This document shows, piece by piece, positions 11,279 to 20,159 of a stretch of 64,000 nucleotides of DNA. This stretch comes from an uncultured Verrucomicrobiae bacterium (lineage in GTDB: Bacteria > Verrucomicrobiota > Verrucomicrobiia > Limisphaerales > Palsa-1400). The notes under the pieces were generated by a model, which was not told where the DNA came from, did not search any database, and saw nothing but the letters and a program-made list of their open reading frames with translations. The DNA lies in contig CAVPOM010000016.1 in the NCBI GenBank assembly GCA_963707025.1, positions 96,001-160,000 of the forward strand. The letters run 5' to 3'. Position numbers and translations under genes: made by a program. Position 1 is the stretch's first letter; each line of letters starts with the position of its first letter.

Positions 11279-12046
11279 TCATTTCAGCCACGCGTCGTAA
11301 GAAAGTTTCAGGGCCAGGGCGATGACCATGGTGATGAAGACGGGACGGATGAATTTGGTCCCCCGGCTCACCACCATCCCCGAACCGATTCTCGCCCCGA
11401 TCAACTCGCCCGCCCCCATGATCAATCCCGCCCGCCATTCCACCTGACCCGCGCACAGAAACAAACCGAGCGAGGTCGCGTTGCTGGCGAAGTTCATGAC
11501 CTTGGTGTAGCCGGTCGCCTTGGTCAGGTTGAACCCCAGGCCCAGCATGAACGCCATGGTCCAAAACGTCCCCACCCCAGGCCCGAAAAAACCGTCGTAG
11601 AATCCGAGCAGCAATCCGGCCAGCGCGTAAAACCAGGGCCAGCCCATGCGCGGGTGAATGTCCTTCTCCCCCAGTTCGGGCTTGAACAGCATCCCAAGCG
11701 CAATGACCAAGAGCAGCGCCGGCAGCGCCCGCCGCAACAACTCCCGGTCCAGATGCTGCACCAGCAGCGTGCCGGCCGCCGCGCCCAACACGGTGCAAAG
11801 GATGCCCGTCTTGCATTGGCGCGGCGAGACCGTTCCCAGCCGGGCATAATTCCACGAGGCGCTGGCCGAGCCGAAGACCGCCTGCAGCTTGTTGGTGGCC
11901 AGGGACGCTTCCACCGGCACGCCCACTCCCAGCAGCACCGGCCACGTAATCAGCCCGCCGCCCCCCGCCACCGAGTCCACAAAACCGGCCAGCAAACCGG
12001 TCGCAAACAAAACGGGAGTCGTCCACCATAAAACGGGCGCAGTCAT
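11279..12046 (-). CDS. TSUP (TauE/SafE, YfcA-like) membrane transporter
   Basis: AGFVDSVAGGGGLI, ATNKLQ, GFYDGFFGPGVG, TKVMNFASN; multiple TM helices. Confidence 0.9.
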   Translation of the reverse strand: MTAPVLWWTTPVLFATGLLAGFVDSVAGGGGLITWPVLLGVGVPVEASLATNKLQAVFGSASASWNYARLGTVSPRQCKTGILCTVLGAAAGTLLVQHLDRELLRRALPALLLVIALGMLFKPELGEKDIHPRMGWPWFYALAGLLLGFYDGFFGPGVGTFWTMAFMLGLGFNLTKATGYTKVMNFASNATSLGLFLCAGQVEWRAGLIMGAGELIGARIGSGMVVSRGTKFIRPVFITMVIALALKLSYDAWLK

Positions 12047-12055
12047 CAGCGATGG

Positions 12056-13263
12056 TCAAGGTTTCCAGTGGTCCGCTCCGCCGAGAACATTTTCCACCGT
12101 ATAAGCCGCGGCCTGTTCGGGGGTCAGTTGCCGGCTCCAGGCCGCGCGCTGATTCGTCCCGGCCCCCGGCCCGGTGTTTTGAAATTCCGCGTAGCGCGCC
12201 GTTTTTTCGTTGGCGGCGTTTCTCCAATTGTCCCAGCCCTCCGGCCGGATGACCTCCGCCATTTCCGTATGCAAAAAAGTCACGCTGGCGAAGGGCCGCC
12301 ACGGCCGGCCCAGAAACGTCGGCCCCGCGCCGCTCGCCCCGGTGATGGTGCAGCGGGAAAAGACGAAACCGAATGGCTGCTCGGCGGGGGTGGAAGCCGC
12401 CGTGATATAGCTTTTGGCCAGGCAATGAAGGTGGCAATCCTCGAAAAACGAAGTGGCCGCGCCGAAGATGAAATCGGTGGCCCCGGCGATGTAGCAGTGC
12501 GCGTAATAATGGCGGCCGCGATTGTCCAGAATCGTGTCCTGCCAGCCCAGAAAACGGCAGTTGCGAAAACTCACCCGGTCGCCGTCCACCCGGATGGCCA
12601 GGGCCTGGCCTTTCGGGCCGGCCGGTTTTCGAACGTGAGATTTTCGGCGGAAAAATCATCTGCGTCAATATAAGTGGAAGCCGTGCGGAAGGTGCCGATG
12701 GGCTGGCCGTCCGGCCCGGCCATGCTGGCGAACAGATCGCAAGTCAGAATCGTTTTTTCGGCGTCCTCGCCGAGGAGATGGACGTACCGCTTTTCCCGCT
12801 GCACATAGACCGCCTGCTTGTAAGTGCCGGGCTTGATGTGGATGAAGACCTGGTTGGAGGTGCTGGTGTTCTGGGGTGTGGCGTTGATCGCTGCCTGCAC
12901 CGATTGAAACGGCGCGCTGCCATCCGCGGCGACCAGAAGGTTGGTGTCCGCCCGGGCCGGTGCGACAAGAAGAAAAACGCCGAGGCACGGGCCCAAAAAT
13001 CTCCCGGCGCAGGCCTTTTGCTTCGGCCTCATAGAACGGCAGGGCTGGCTGCTGAAGAAAAGCCCCGACGCCTTCTCCCTCTCCTCCGAGGAGAGGGCCG
13101 GGGTGAGGTCGAGCTTCTTATCTCCGCGCAGCGCCAATTTGACCAATTCCCACACCCCTCCACACACCTGTGGAGGAGAGGGCCGGGGAGAGGAGGCTCC
13201 CACCCTCTCATCCGGCCGTGCTTGAGCAAGCCGTGATACAGCGTTCTTTTCTTTAAATTTCAT
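12056..13263 (-). CDS. Pectin methylesterase (CE8), frameshift ~12625; start either 13263 or 13032
   Basis: VAADGSAPFQSVQAAI, IKPGTY, GTFRTAS, AENLTFEN / GQALA, GWQDT, DFIFG, YITAAS, LGRPWRPF, GWDNW, YAEF. Confidence 0.9.
13071..13200. repeat. Two CCCTC..GAGAGGGCCGGGGWGAGG palindromic (REP-like) units, direct orientation
   Basis: ccctctcct-ccg-aggagaggg-ccggggtgagg (13077-13108) and cctccaca-cacc-tgtggagg-agagggccggggagagg (~13156-13192). Confidence 0.75.
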
Positions 13264-13385
13264 CTGAGTGGCGATGCCCGGATTGTAGATGGCTGGCCTG
13301 AAGAATGCCAAGCCATTCTGGCCGCCGCCAGGGAACCGTGCGCATTTCCCATCATTGGGCATCCGCTCCCGATCTCAAAGTCAAA

Positions 13386-13531
13386 GGGGTCAAACCATAT
13401 ATTTGCACTATTTGCACTGTTTCGCGCTTGCCACCCTCTGTTCTTAGCGGCACCGTGGACCGATGCCACGGCAATTGCGCAGTGAGTATCCCGGGGCGAT
13501 CTATCATGTCCTGAGCCGAGGAAATCGTTGA
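13386..13531 (+). pseudogene. Truncated copy of the RAYT element left end (TIR, promoter region, first 22 codons)
   Basis: 13386-13527 aligns ungapped to 15455-15596 with 11 mismatches in 142 bp; encodes MPRQLRSEYPGAIYHVLSRGNR then TGA. Confidence 0.9.
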
Positions 13532-13599
13532 AGGAGTCAAGCCCGGAAAGCTCAGTATGTGATTATGAATATAATTCAGAATTCCTCGCTTGACCCCTT
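13531..13599. mobile_element. 69-bp end-only miniature inverted-repeat element
   Basis: aaggagtcaagc (13531-13542) ... gcttgacccctt (13588-13599), 11/12 inverted match, AT-rich core; ends resemble the GGGGTCAA TIR tip. Confidence 0.55.
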
Positions 13600-13824
13600 T
13601 AGCCTTTAAGGCCCCATTACACTTTACCAACGCACGGATACCGTGGCCGAAATTCCAAAAGCAAAACAAGGGGGGAGCGGTGGCTCCGTTTTATGCGGGG
13701 ACTTGGTTCGGGCGCTCACCGATGAAGCGGCTCCTGCGATTGCTTATCATTGGGGAGTAAGTTGCCTTAATACGGGGTGAACGCCCCATAGCGCCGGCAA
13801 GTGCTTGGTGCTTAAGTTCGTGCC

Positions 13825-14316
13825 ATGAACGACGACGAAATCCGGCCAACGGGAGCGCGACGGCGAAGCCAAACGCGTCCGTGCCATCGCATTCTCGTGG
13901 CGGATGATGAGACCGAAATACGCCAACTTATGACCGTGGTGCTGGCTCACTCCGGCTACCACGTTGATGCCGCTGAAGATGGCGCCATCGCTTGGGCGGC
14001 GCTTCAGGCCAAACCCTACGACCTGCTCATCACCGACCACAACATGCCAAAAGTCACGGGCGTTGAACTGGTCAGATACTTGCGTTCCGCCAACATGGCT
14101 CTGCCGGTCGTCATGGTCACGGGAACAGTGCCCGCACACGAACTGGCTCAAAACCCTTCGCTTCAACTTGCGGCCACGCTGGAGAAGCCCTTTGCCATTG
14201 CTGAGTTGCTGGACACGGTGGAAAACGCCTTGCGGGCGACCAAGAGCTTGCGCGAGCAGATCCATCCACTGCCGCGCTGGAGAAGCCAACCTTCGGGCGA
14301 CGTTTTACAGCTATGA
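13825..14316 (+). CDS. Single-domain response regulator (receiver)
   Basis: ILVADDE, LLITDHNMPKVTG, VVMVTG, LEKPF. Confidence 0.9.
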   Translation: MNDDEIRPTGARRRSQTRPCHRILVADDETEIRQLMTVVLAHSGYHVDAAEDGAIAWAALQAKPYDLLITDHNMPKVTGVELVRYLRSANMALPVVMVTGTVPAHELAQNPSLQLAATLEKPFAIAELLDTVENALRATKSLREQIHPLPRWRSQPSGDVLQL

Positions 14317-14437
14317 AGATTCCGCTCCACTGTTCAACCGGGCATAGAATTTACCCCGCCAAGCTCGAAGCTGAAAACAATGCATAAATTTCACCGCATG
14401 CCGCTTATCCTGAAGCCAACGGCAGAGTACGTAACCG

Positions 14438-15184
14438 ATGCCCCACCTGAGGCGAAGGAAGATCCAGCCTGCGGTGAACCGGGTGGAACAGGAAGATCAT
14501 TCTCAAACGGAGACTGAAACGGCCTCTGCCTCCATCCCGGTGTGGAAACGGATTGTGGATGTGACGGTAGTCGTCTTGGCCATTCCTTTCCTGATACCGC
14601 TGGGGATTCTCATTTTCACATTCATCAAGATCGTTTCCCCTGGGCCTGGCCTTTTTCGGCAACAAAGGGTGGGCCATCTGCGCCGCCGGTTTATGTGTCT
14701 GAAGTTCAGAACCATGAAAGTCAATGCCGATACCGCGGTGCATCAGACGCACTTGAAGCGGTTGATGACGGCAAACGGACAGACGCGAAAACTGGATTGC
14801 GCCGGTGATCAGCGCCTCATTCCAGGAGGATTATGGTTAAGGGCCGCAGGTGTGGACGAATTGCCGCAATTGTTTAATGTCTTGCGTGGCGAAATGAGCC
14901 TGGTTGGTCCGCGGCCATGCACGCCGTTCGAATATGGGTTGTTTTCGGAGCATCACCAGCAGCGTTGCGCTGTGCAGCCAGGCTTGACGGGCTTGTGGCA
15001 AGTCAGTGGCAAGAATGACACTACGTTCGAGGAGATGATGGCATTGGACCTGAAGTACGTGCGAGCGAGGTCCCTGTGGCTGGACTTGAAGATAATAGCA
15101 TGGACCGTTCCCGCGATTATGAAGCTGATCTGGCAAGTGAAGATCCGGCCCAAGATCGGAATCCATGCGGCAGAGAAGCGGTAG
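14438..15184 (+). CDS. Sugar transferase (priming polyprenyl-phosphate glycosyl-1-phosphate transferase)
   Basis: WKRIVD, one TM helix, SPGP.LFRQQRVG, KFRTM, DELPQLFNVLRGEMSLVGPRP, PGLTGLWQVSG, SLWLDLKI. Confidence 0.93.
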   Translation: MPHLRRRKIQPAVNRVEQEDHSQTETETASASIPVWKRIVDVTVVVLAIPFLIPLGILIFTFIKIVSPGPGLFRQQRVGHLRRRFMCLKFRTMKVNADTAVHQTHLKRLMTANGQTRKLDCAGDQRLIPGGLWLRAAGVDELPQLFNVLRGEMSLVGPRPCTPFEYGLFSEHHQQRCAVQPGLTGLWQVSGKNDTTFEEMMALDLKYVRARSLWLDLKIIAWTVPAIMKLIWQVKIRPKIGIHAAEKR

Positions 15185-15409
15185 TCCCTCGTCCGGCACT
15201 GGCGATGTGGCCAAAAAGCGCGGCAAAAACCCCCTGCGGGGATTTGTTCAACGGTCCATCCGGCGCGTTCTTGTTTTCGTTAAGCTCCTTCTTGTCGCTA
15301 TTTTCAACAAACTTTGTCCTCCCGGGTTTGAAGATGATGGGGGGTTTCATTATGGACCCCCACCCGGTGCCGGCTCGGATGGGGATTCCGACCGCGGCCA
15401 ATCCTGAGC

Positions 15410-15459
15410 AGTCCAAGGGGTCCAAGGGGTTACCCATTAGTCCAAGGGGTCCAAGGGGT
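15410..15459 (+). repeat. Tandem TCCAAGGGG units abutting the left TIR
   Basis: agtccaaggggtccaaggggt at 15410-15430 and 15439-15459, separated by tacccatt. Confidence 0.9.
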
Positions 15460-16501
15460 CAAACCATATATTTGCACTGTTCGCACTGTTTTGCGCTTGC
15501 CACCCTCTGTTTTTTGCGGCACGATGGGCCGATGCCACGGCAATTGCGCATCGAGTATCCCGGGGCGATCTATCATGTCCTGAGCCGGGGAAATCGCCGG
15601 GAAGCCATCTTCGTTGATGATGGCGACTGCCATGATTTTATCAAAACCCTGGGCGAGGCTTGCCGGAAAACCGGCTTCCAAATTCACGCCTTTTGCCTGA
15701 TGAAAAACCATTTTCATTTGGTGGTCGAAACGCCGCAAGGCAATCTGGTGGCCGGAATGCGCTGGCTCTTGAGCACCTATTCCAACCGGTTCAATCACCG
15801 GCATGATCGGTGCGGCCATGTTTTCAGCGGGCGCTACAAAGCACTGGTGGTGGATGGCAGCGGCCGCGGGTATTTGCGCACCGTTTGCGATTACACTCAC
15901 CTCAACCCGGTCCGGGCCGGATTGTTGCCCGCGGCCAACCGGCTGCTGGAGTATCCCTGGAGCAGTTTTGGGTTCTATTTGACGGAGGCGAAACACCGGC
16001 CCCGGTGGCTGCGGGTGGACCGGTTGCTCGGCGAGCATGGCATTGCCAGGGACACGGCTTCCGGGCGGCGGGAATTTGAGGGCCGGATGGAAAGCCGCCG
16101 CGCCGGGGAGGGAGAGGCCGGCCAGTGGAAGGGGATGCGGCGCGGATGGTGCCTTGGAACCTCCGATTTCAAGAAAGGACTGCTGGAAAGGCTGCAGGGA
16201 CACTTGGGCGCAAACCACTCCGGCAGGCTGCGCCAGGAGGCGGGCCAGGCAGGCGCGGAGGCGCTGATCGCCAAGGCGCTGAGGCGGCTGGGATGGAAAG
16301 AGGAGGAATTGGGCAAGCGGGCCAAAAGCGATCCGGGCAAAGTGAGGTTGGCGGCGCAATTGCGCCAGGAGACGACCCTGACCATCGGGCAGATCGCGCA
16401 GAGGTTGCGCATGGGAACCCGCAACACTTTGGCGACAAACCTGCAAGGAAGAAAAGGCACGAACGGAGGAACGGGATAGTGCAAATATGCGGTTTGACCG
16501 C
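15455..16501 (+). mobile_element. IS-like element with 24-bp TIRs carrying an HUH/Y1 (RAYT-type) transposase
   Basis: TIR-L ggggtcaaaccatatatttgcact (15455-15478); TIR-R agtgcaaatatgcggtttgaccgc (16478-16501), 21/24 inverted match; the ORF stop overlaps TIR-R. Confidence 0.85.
15532..16479 (+). CDS. REP-associated tyrosine transposase-like HUH endonuclease with C-terminal HTH
   Basis: MPRQLRIEYPGAIYHVLSRGNRREAIF, CLMKNHFHLVVETP (HUH), GHVFSGRYKA, YTHLNPVRAG (catalytic Tyr), YPWSS; C-terminal LTIGQIAQRL. Confidence 0.92.
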   Translation: MPRQLRIEYPGAIYHVLSRGNRREAIFVDDGDCHDFIKTLGEACRKTGFQIHAFCLMKNHFHLVVETPQGNLVAGMRWLLSTYSNRFNHRHDRCGHVFSGRYKALVVDGSGRGYLRTVCDYTHLNPVRAGLLPAANRLLEYPWSSFGFYLTEAKHRPRWLRVDRLLGEHGIARDTASGRREFEGRMESRRAGEGEAGQWKGMRRGWCLGTSDFKKGLLERLQGHLGANHSGRLRQEAGQAGAEALIAKALRRLGWKEEELGKRAKSDPGKVRLAAQLRQETTLTIGQIAQRLRMGTRNTLATNLQGRKGTNGGTG

Positions 16502-16593
16502 TTCCACCCCTTCCACTTCCAGAAAATCGCGCAAATCCTGCGTCTCCTTTTTTGCTCGCCAAACGGCCATTCCTGGTGGACAGTATCCCTGAC

Positions 16594-18519
16594 ATGAGCC
16601 AACTGGATTCCATTCAAGGCGCCCTGGCCCGCGCCGCGGCGCGGCGGCGCTGGTTGCGCAGTTGGAATGGCCTGTGGCGCGGACTGTTGGCCGGGGCCAT
16701 CGTCTGGTTGACCGCCTTGGCCGCCTTCAAGCTCGCCCCCATTCCGGGCGTCATCCTGCCGGGCGCGGCGGCGCTGGCCGGTTTGCTGACTTTGGGCGGC
16801 TTCCTGCACGGCTGGTTCCACCAACCGACCCTGCAACAAACCGCCCGCTGGGTGGACGACAAGCAACGTCTGCAAGAACGCCTCAGCACTGCCCTGGAGC
16901 TGGGCCAATCGGGCGCCAGCGAGAATTGGCGCGGCCTCATTATGGCCGATGCCGCCCGTTTCGCCTCCAAGCTGGATCCGCGCAAGCTGATTCCGTTCCA
17001 TCTGCCGCGCGCCACCCGTTGGGCCTTGGCCGCGCTGGCCGTGAGCGCCGGGCTGGGTTTCCTGCCGGAATACCGCACCCAGGCCTTCCTGCAAAAGCGA
17101 CAGGACGCCCTGGCCGTGCAGGCCGCCGGAAAAATTCTTATTGACCTCACCCGCCACAGCCTGGAACGCCACGACCCGCTCCTCGCGCCGACCGAGCGCT
17201 CCCTCCAGGCCGTGCAGGAACTGGGATTTAAAATGGACAAAGTTTCCCTCAGCCGCAGCGACTCCCTCAAGGACCTGGCCAACCTGAGCGAGAAAATCAA
17301 GGCCCAGCAAAAAGAACTGGGCCAACAAGTCCCCCCCCTCAAATCACTGGAAAAAGCGGCGCGCGACGCCAGCCGCAGCCCGTCCGCCGCGGCCGCGCAG
17401 AAGGAAATGGAGGCGCTGCAAAAATCCCTGGGCAAATCCGCCGACAGTCCCGAGGCCCTAGAGAAACTGGCCGCCGATCTGCAAAATGCCCAGAAGGCCC
17501 TGGCCAGCATGCCCAAGGGCGATTCCCCCGGCGCCGGCGCCGCCCGCCAGCAAATGTCCCAATCCCTGTCCGACCTGGCCCAGCAAGCCCGCGACCTGGG
17601 CCAGCCGCTGCCCGATCTGGAAGCCGCCATCGCCGCGCTCCAAGCCAGCAAGATGGACACTCTGCGCGGCGACCTGGACGCCGCCACCACCGACCTGAAC
17701 AAACTCAAGGAAATGGCCCAGGTTTTGCAGAAACTCCAGCAGCAGGCCGACCGCCAGGGCAAAGACCTCCCCGAACAACTCGAGTTCGGCCAGTCCGACG
17801 CCGCCCAGGGCACTTTGCAAAAAATGATTGACCAACTGAAATCCGGCCAGATCACCCCCGAGCAGATGGCCAAAACCCTGGATGAAGTCGCCCGCTCCAT
17901 AGACCCGGCCGCCCCCTACGGCAAAGCGGCCGAGTTTCTCAAGCAAGCGGCCGGCCAATTGCGCGCCGATCAAAAGCCCGGCGCCGCCCAATCCCTGGCC
18001 GCGGCTTCCAAGGAATTGGAAAAAATCGCGGGGCAAATGCAGGACGCCAAGGCCCTCAGCGCCTCGCTCGCCGCCTTGCAAAAAGCGGAGGACTGCCTGG
18101 GCCAGTGCCGGGGCGGCCGTCCCGGCGCCAGCAACAAGCTCAGAGCCGGCGCCGGCAAAAACGGCGGCGTGGGCGGCTGGACCCCGGACGACTCCCAGCT
18201 TTATCCGGAAATGAGTTCCTCCTGGGACAACACGGGGGTCAACCGGCCGGACACCGATCCGCGCGGCTTGACCGACCGCGGCAACCCCCAGCTCGCCGAT
18301 AATTTGAACCCCACCAAATTCAAGGGCCAGCTCCAGCCCGGCGGCCCCATGCCGAGCATCACTTTGAAAGGGGTCAGCATCAAAGGCCAGAGTTCGGTGG
18401 CCTTCCAGCAAGCCGCCACCGCCGCGCAAAGCGATGCGCAAAGCGCCCTCAACCAGGACCAGGTTCCCCGTGCCTATCAAGGTGCCGTGAAAAGCTACTT
18501 CGACGACATCAAGAAATGA
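16594..18519 (+). CDS. Membrane-anchored long coiled-coil protein (DUF4175-like)
   Basis: Two N-terminal TM helices, LQERLSTALE, third TM, Q/A/L/K-rich heptads, ends VPRAYQGAVKSYF. Confidence 0.65.
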   Translation: MSQLDSIQGALARAAARRRWLRSWNGLWRGLLAGAIVWLTALAAFKLAPIPGVILPGAAALAGLLTLGGFLHGWFHQPTLQQTARWVDDKQRLQERLSTALELGQSGASENWRGLIMADAARFASKLDPRKLIPFHLPRATRWALAALAVSAGLGFLPEYRTQAFLQKRQDALAVQAAGKILIDLTRHSLERHDPLLAPTERSLQAVQELGFKMDKVSLSRSDSLKDLANLSEKIKAQQKELGQQVPPLKSLEKAARDASRSPSAAAAQKEMEALQKSLGKSADSPEALEKLAADLQNAQKALASMPKGDSPGAGAARQQMSQSLSDLAQQARDLGQPLPDLEAAIAALQASKMDTLRGDLDAATTDLNKLKEMAQVLQKLQQQADRQGKDLPEQLEFGQSDAAQGTLQKMIDQLKSGQITPEQMAKTLDEVARSIDPAAPYGKAAEFLKQAAGQLRADQKPGAAQSLAAASKELEKIAGQMQDAKALSASLAALQKAEDCLGQCRGGRPGASNKLRAGAGKNGGVGGWTPDDSQLYPEMSSSWDNTGVNRPDTDPRGLTDRGNPQLADNLNPTKFKGQLQPGGPMPSITLKGVSIKGQSSVAFQQAATAAQSDAQSALNQDQVPRAYQGAVKSYFDDIKK

Positions 18520-18524
18520 TGGGA

Positions 18525-18664
18525 ATTGCGGATTGCGAATTCGGGTCTTGGCGAAAGGTTAGGGGCGTCCCTCTTGGAGAGCGGTGCTTCATCAGAACCA
18601 CGGAGCACCATGATTTATATTGATCCCCATGCGGCTCAAAATCCGCAATCCGCAATCCGCAATC
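18525..18664. repeat. Inverted heptamer (AATCCGC) microarrays
   Basis: attgcggattgcga (~18525-18538) and aatccgcaatccgcaatccgcaatc (~18640-18664). Confidence 0.75.
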
Positions 18665-18676
18665 GGTTCAGCCTCC

Positions 18677-18955
18677 TCAGCGAAACGCAATCATCCCCGC
18701 GGCGAACAAAACCGCCAGCACCAGCGCCACCACCCACCAAAACCAACTGATCCCGCGAGGCAGCACTTTTTTCCTTCCAAATTCCCGGTCCACAAACTCT
18801 TCATAATCAAAGGACTCGTCCGGCAGGTTCAGCCCGCCGACGCAGGCCTCCTCCGACCACCCCGTTTTCTCGTCCGCGCCGCAGGCCGGGCAGGCTTTGG
18901 CGTTGGGCGGAACCTCCGCGCCGCAATTGGGGCAGGTTTCAGGCGGTGCATTCAT
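18677..18955 (-). CDS. Zinc-ribbon protein with C-terminal TM helix
   Basis: CPNCGAEVPPNAKACPACG; hydrophobic tail WFWWVVALVLAVLF. Confidence 0.85.
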   Translation of the reverse strand: MNAPPETCPNCGAEVPPNAKACPACGADEKTGWSEEACVGGLNLPDESFDYEEFVDREFGRKKVLPRGISWFWWVVALVLAVLFAAGMIAFR

Positions 18956-19001
18956 AGGAGCAAGAAACCCGCGAGCAGTCGTCTGCAATCAAAGAAATGA
19001 G

Positions 19002-19082
19002 CCGCGGATCACGGAATGGGAATTCTGCATTTTGCATTTTGCATTCCGCATTTTTAATCCGCGTCATCCGTGCCATCCGCGG
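19002..19082. repeat. CCGCGGAT.. inverted pair enclosing TTTGCAT heptamers
   Basis: ccgcggatcacgga (19002-19015) / atccgcgtcatccgtgccatccgcgg (19057-19082) around ttctgcattttgcattttgcattccgcat. Confidence 0.7.
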
Positions 19083-19095
19083 TAAAACTTTTCCA

Positions 19096-19872
19096 TCAGT
19101 AGAGCCGGGCTTGGGAAACTTTCCCCACGATCCCCTGGGTCCGCCAACTCGACGGCGGAATCGCCGCCGGATCCAGACTCCATCGTCCCGCCAACTGGCT
19201 GAGTTTCTCCGCGTCGCCCGCCAGCGCTTCGCGGGAGGCGAACACATTGACCTCGCAGCCGTAGTCAAAGCAAACCATGCCCAACTCCCGTTCCGCCGCC
19301 GTGAGGAAGCCTTCATTCCACAAAATCTCCCCCGCCCAGGCGTAAGCCCGGTAAACCCGCCCATCCTCCAGCAGCGCCCAGGCATGGTGGCTCAACACGC
19401 GGTTGACGCTGAAAAACTGCACATTGCCCAACTGGCGGCTCAAACCGCGCAAAAACCGGTAGCACAAATCCACATCATCGGCCGGTTCGGGCAATCCCGG
19501 CCCCACCACCAGGACCCACCCCGAAATGGGGCCCGAGACAAATAATTTGCCCTCGCTCGTTTCCACCAGGCCTTCCTCCCACGAGCAAGGCACGGCCTGC
19601 TGCAAATGCAGCGCCGCCTGCACCAGCCCCGCATTATTGCATTTGACCGCCAGCCAGCGCGCCGGCCGCTCGAACAACGAGGACCGCGCCCCAAACTGCC
19701 CGTTGCCCGGCGCACCGGCTCCATCACCCGCGTCACCCTGGGACAGACGGGCGGCCCGCCGCCGCCGCCAGGCGCAATAAACGAAGAAGCCTCCAATTCC
19801 CAAAACGACACCCAAAGGTATCAACATCAGGAGCCAGCCTAACTGCTTCAAATATGCCGGACTCACGCTCAA
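19096..19872 (-). CDS. Hypothetical protein with N-terminal TM anchor
   Basis: 258-aa ORF with host-like codon use, a TM segment and a globular domain (GWVLVVG, HHAWA, RAYAWAGE, WSLDP). Start approximate. Confidence 0.7.
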   Translation of the reverse strand: MSVSPAYLKQLGWLLMLIPLGVVLGIGGFFVYCAWRRRRAARLSQGDAGDGAGAPGNGQFGARSSLFERPARWLAVKCNNAGLVQAALHLQQAVPCSWEEGLVETSEGKLFVSGPISGWVLVVGPGLPEPADDVDLCYRFLRGLSRQLGNVQFFSVNRVLSHHAWALLEDGRVYRAYAWAGEILWNEGFLTAAERELGMVCFDYGCEVNVFASREALAGDAEKLSQLAGRWSLDPAAIPPSSWRTQGIVGKVSQARLY

Positions 19873-20159
19873 AAGAATAAACGCAATCTACTATTGGATT
19901 GCAGGATTTCAACTCCCACCCGCACATTCTTTGCAGATTCTCATTCCGTTCCCAACCCGCCGCCAGCCGCCGCCTCTTCTGCCGCGCCCCGCCCGCGCTG
20001 CCTCCGGGCCGGCGATCCGGACCGCGCGCAGATTACAGCGGTCCCTGCCGGCGTTGCACCCCAAAACCGGCTTTTTTTAGACGGGCCGCGCCGGGGGCGG
20101 CGCCGCCACGATAAAAGTCGCGCTCCGCGGCCAAACGTGCTAACCGTATCACCCACAAT

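Noticed and set aside
15410..15459. 21-bp direct repeat as a mini-CRISPR
   Set aside because: Only two copies, an 8-nt spacer, internal periodicity and no cas genes.
15430..17328. 632-aa minus-strand ORF, and similar long ORFs at 29689-31449, 11106-12668 and 17458-18480
   Set aside because: Antisense or off-frame shadows of recognisable genes, expected in high-GC DNA; no motifs.
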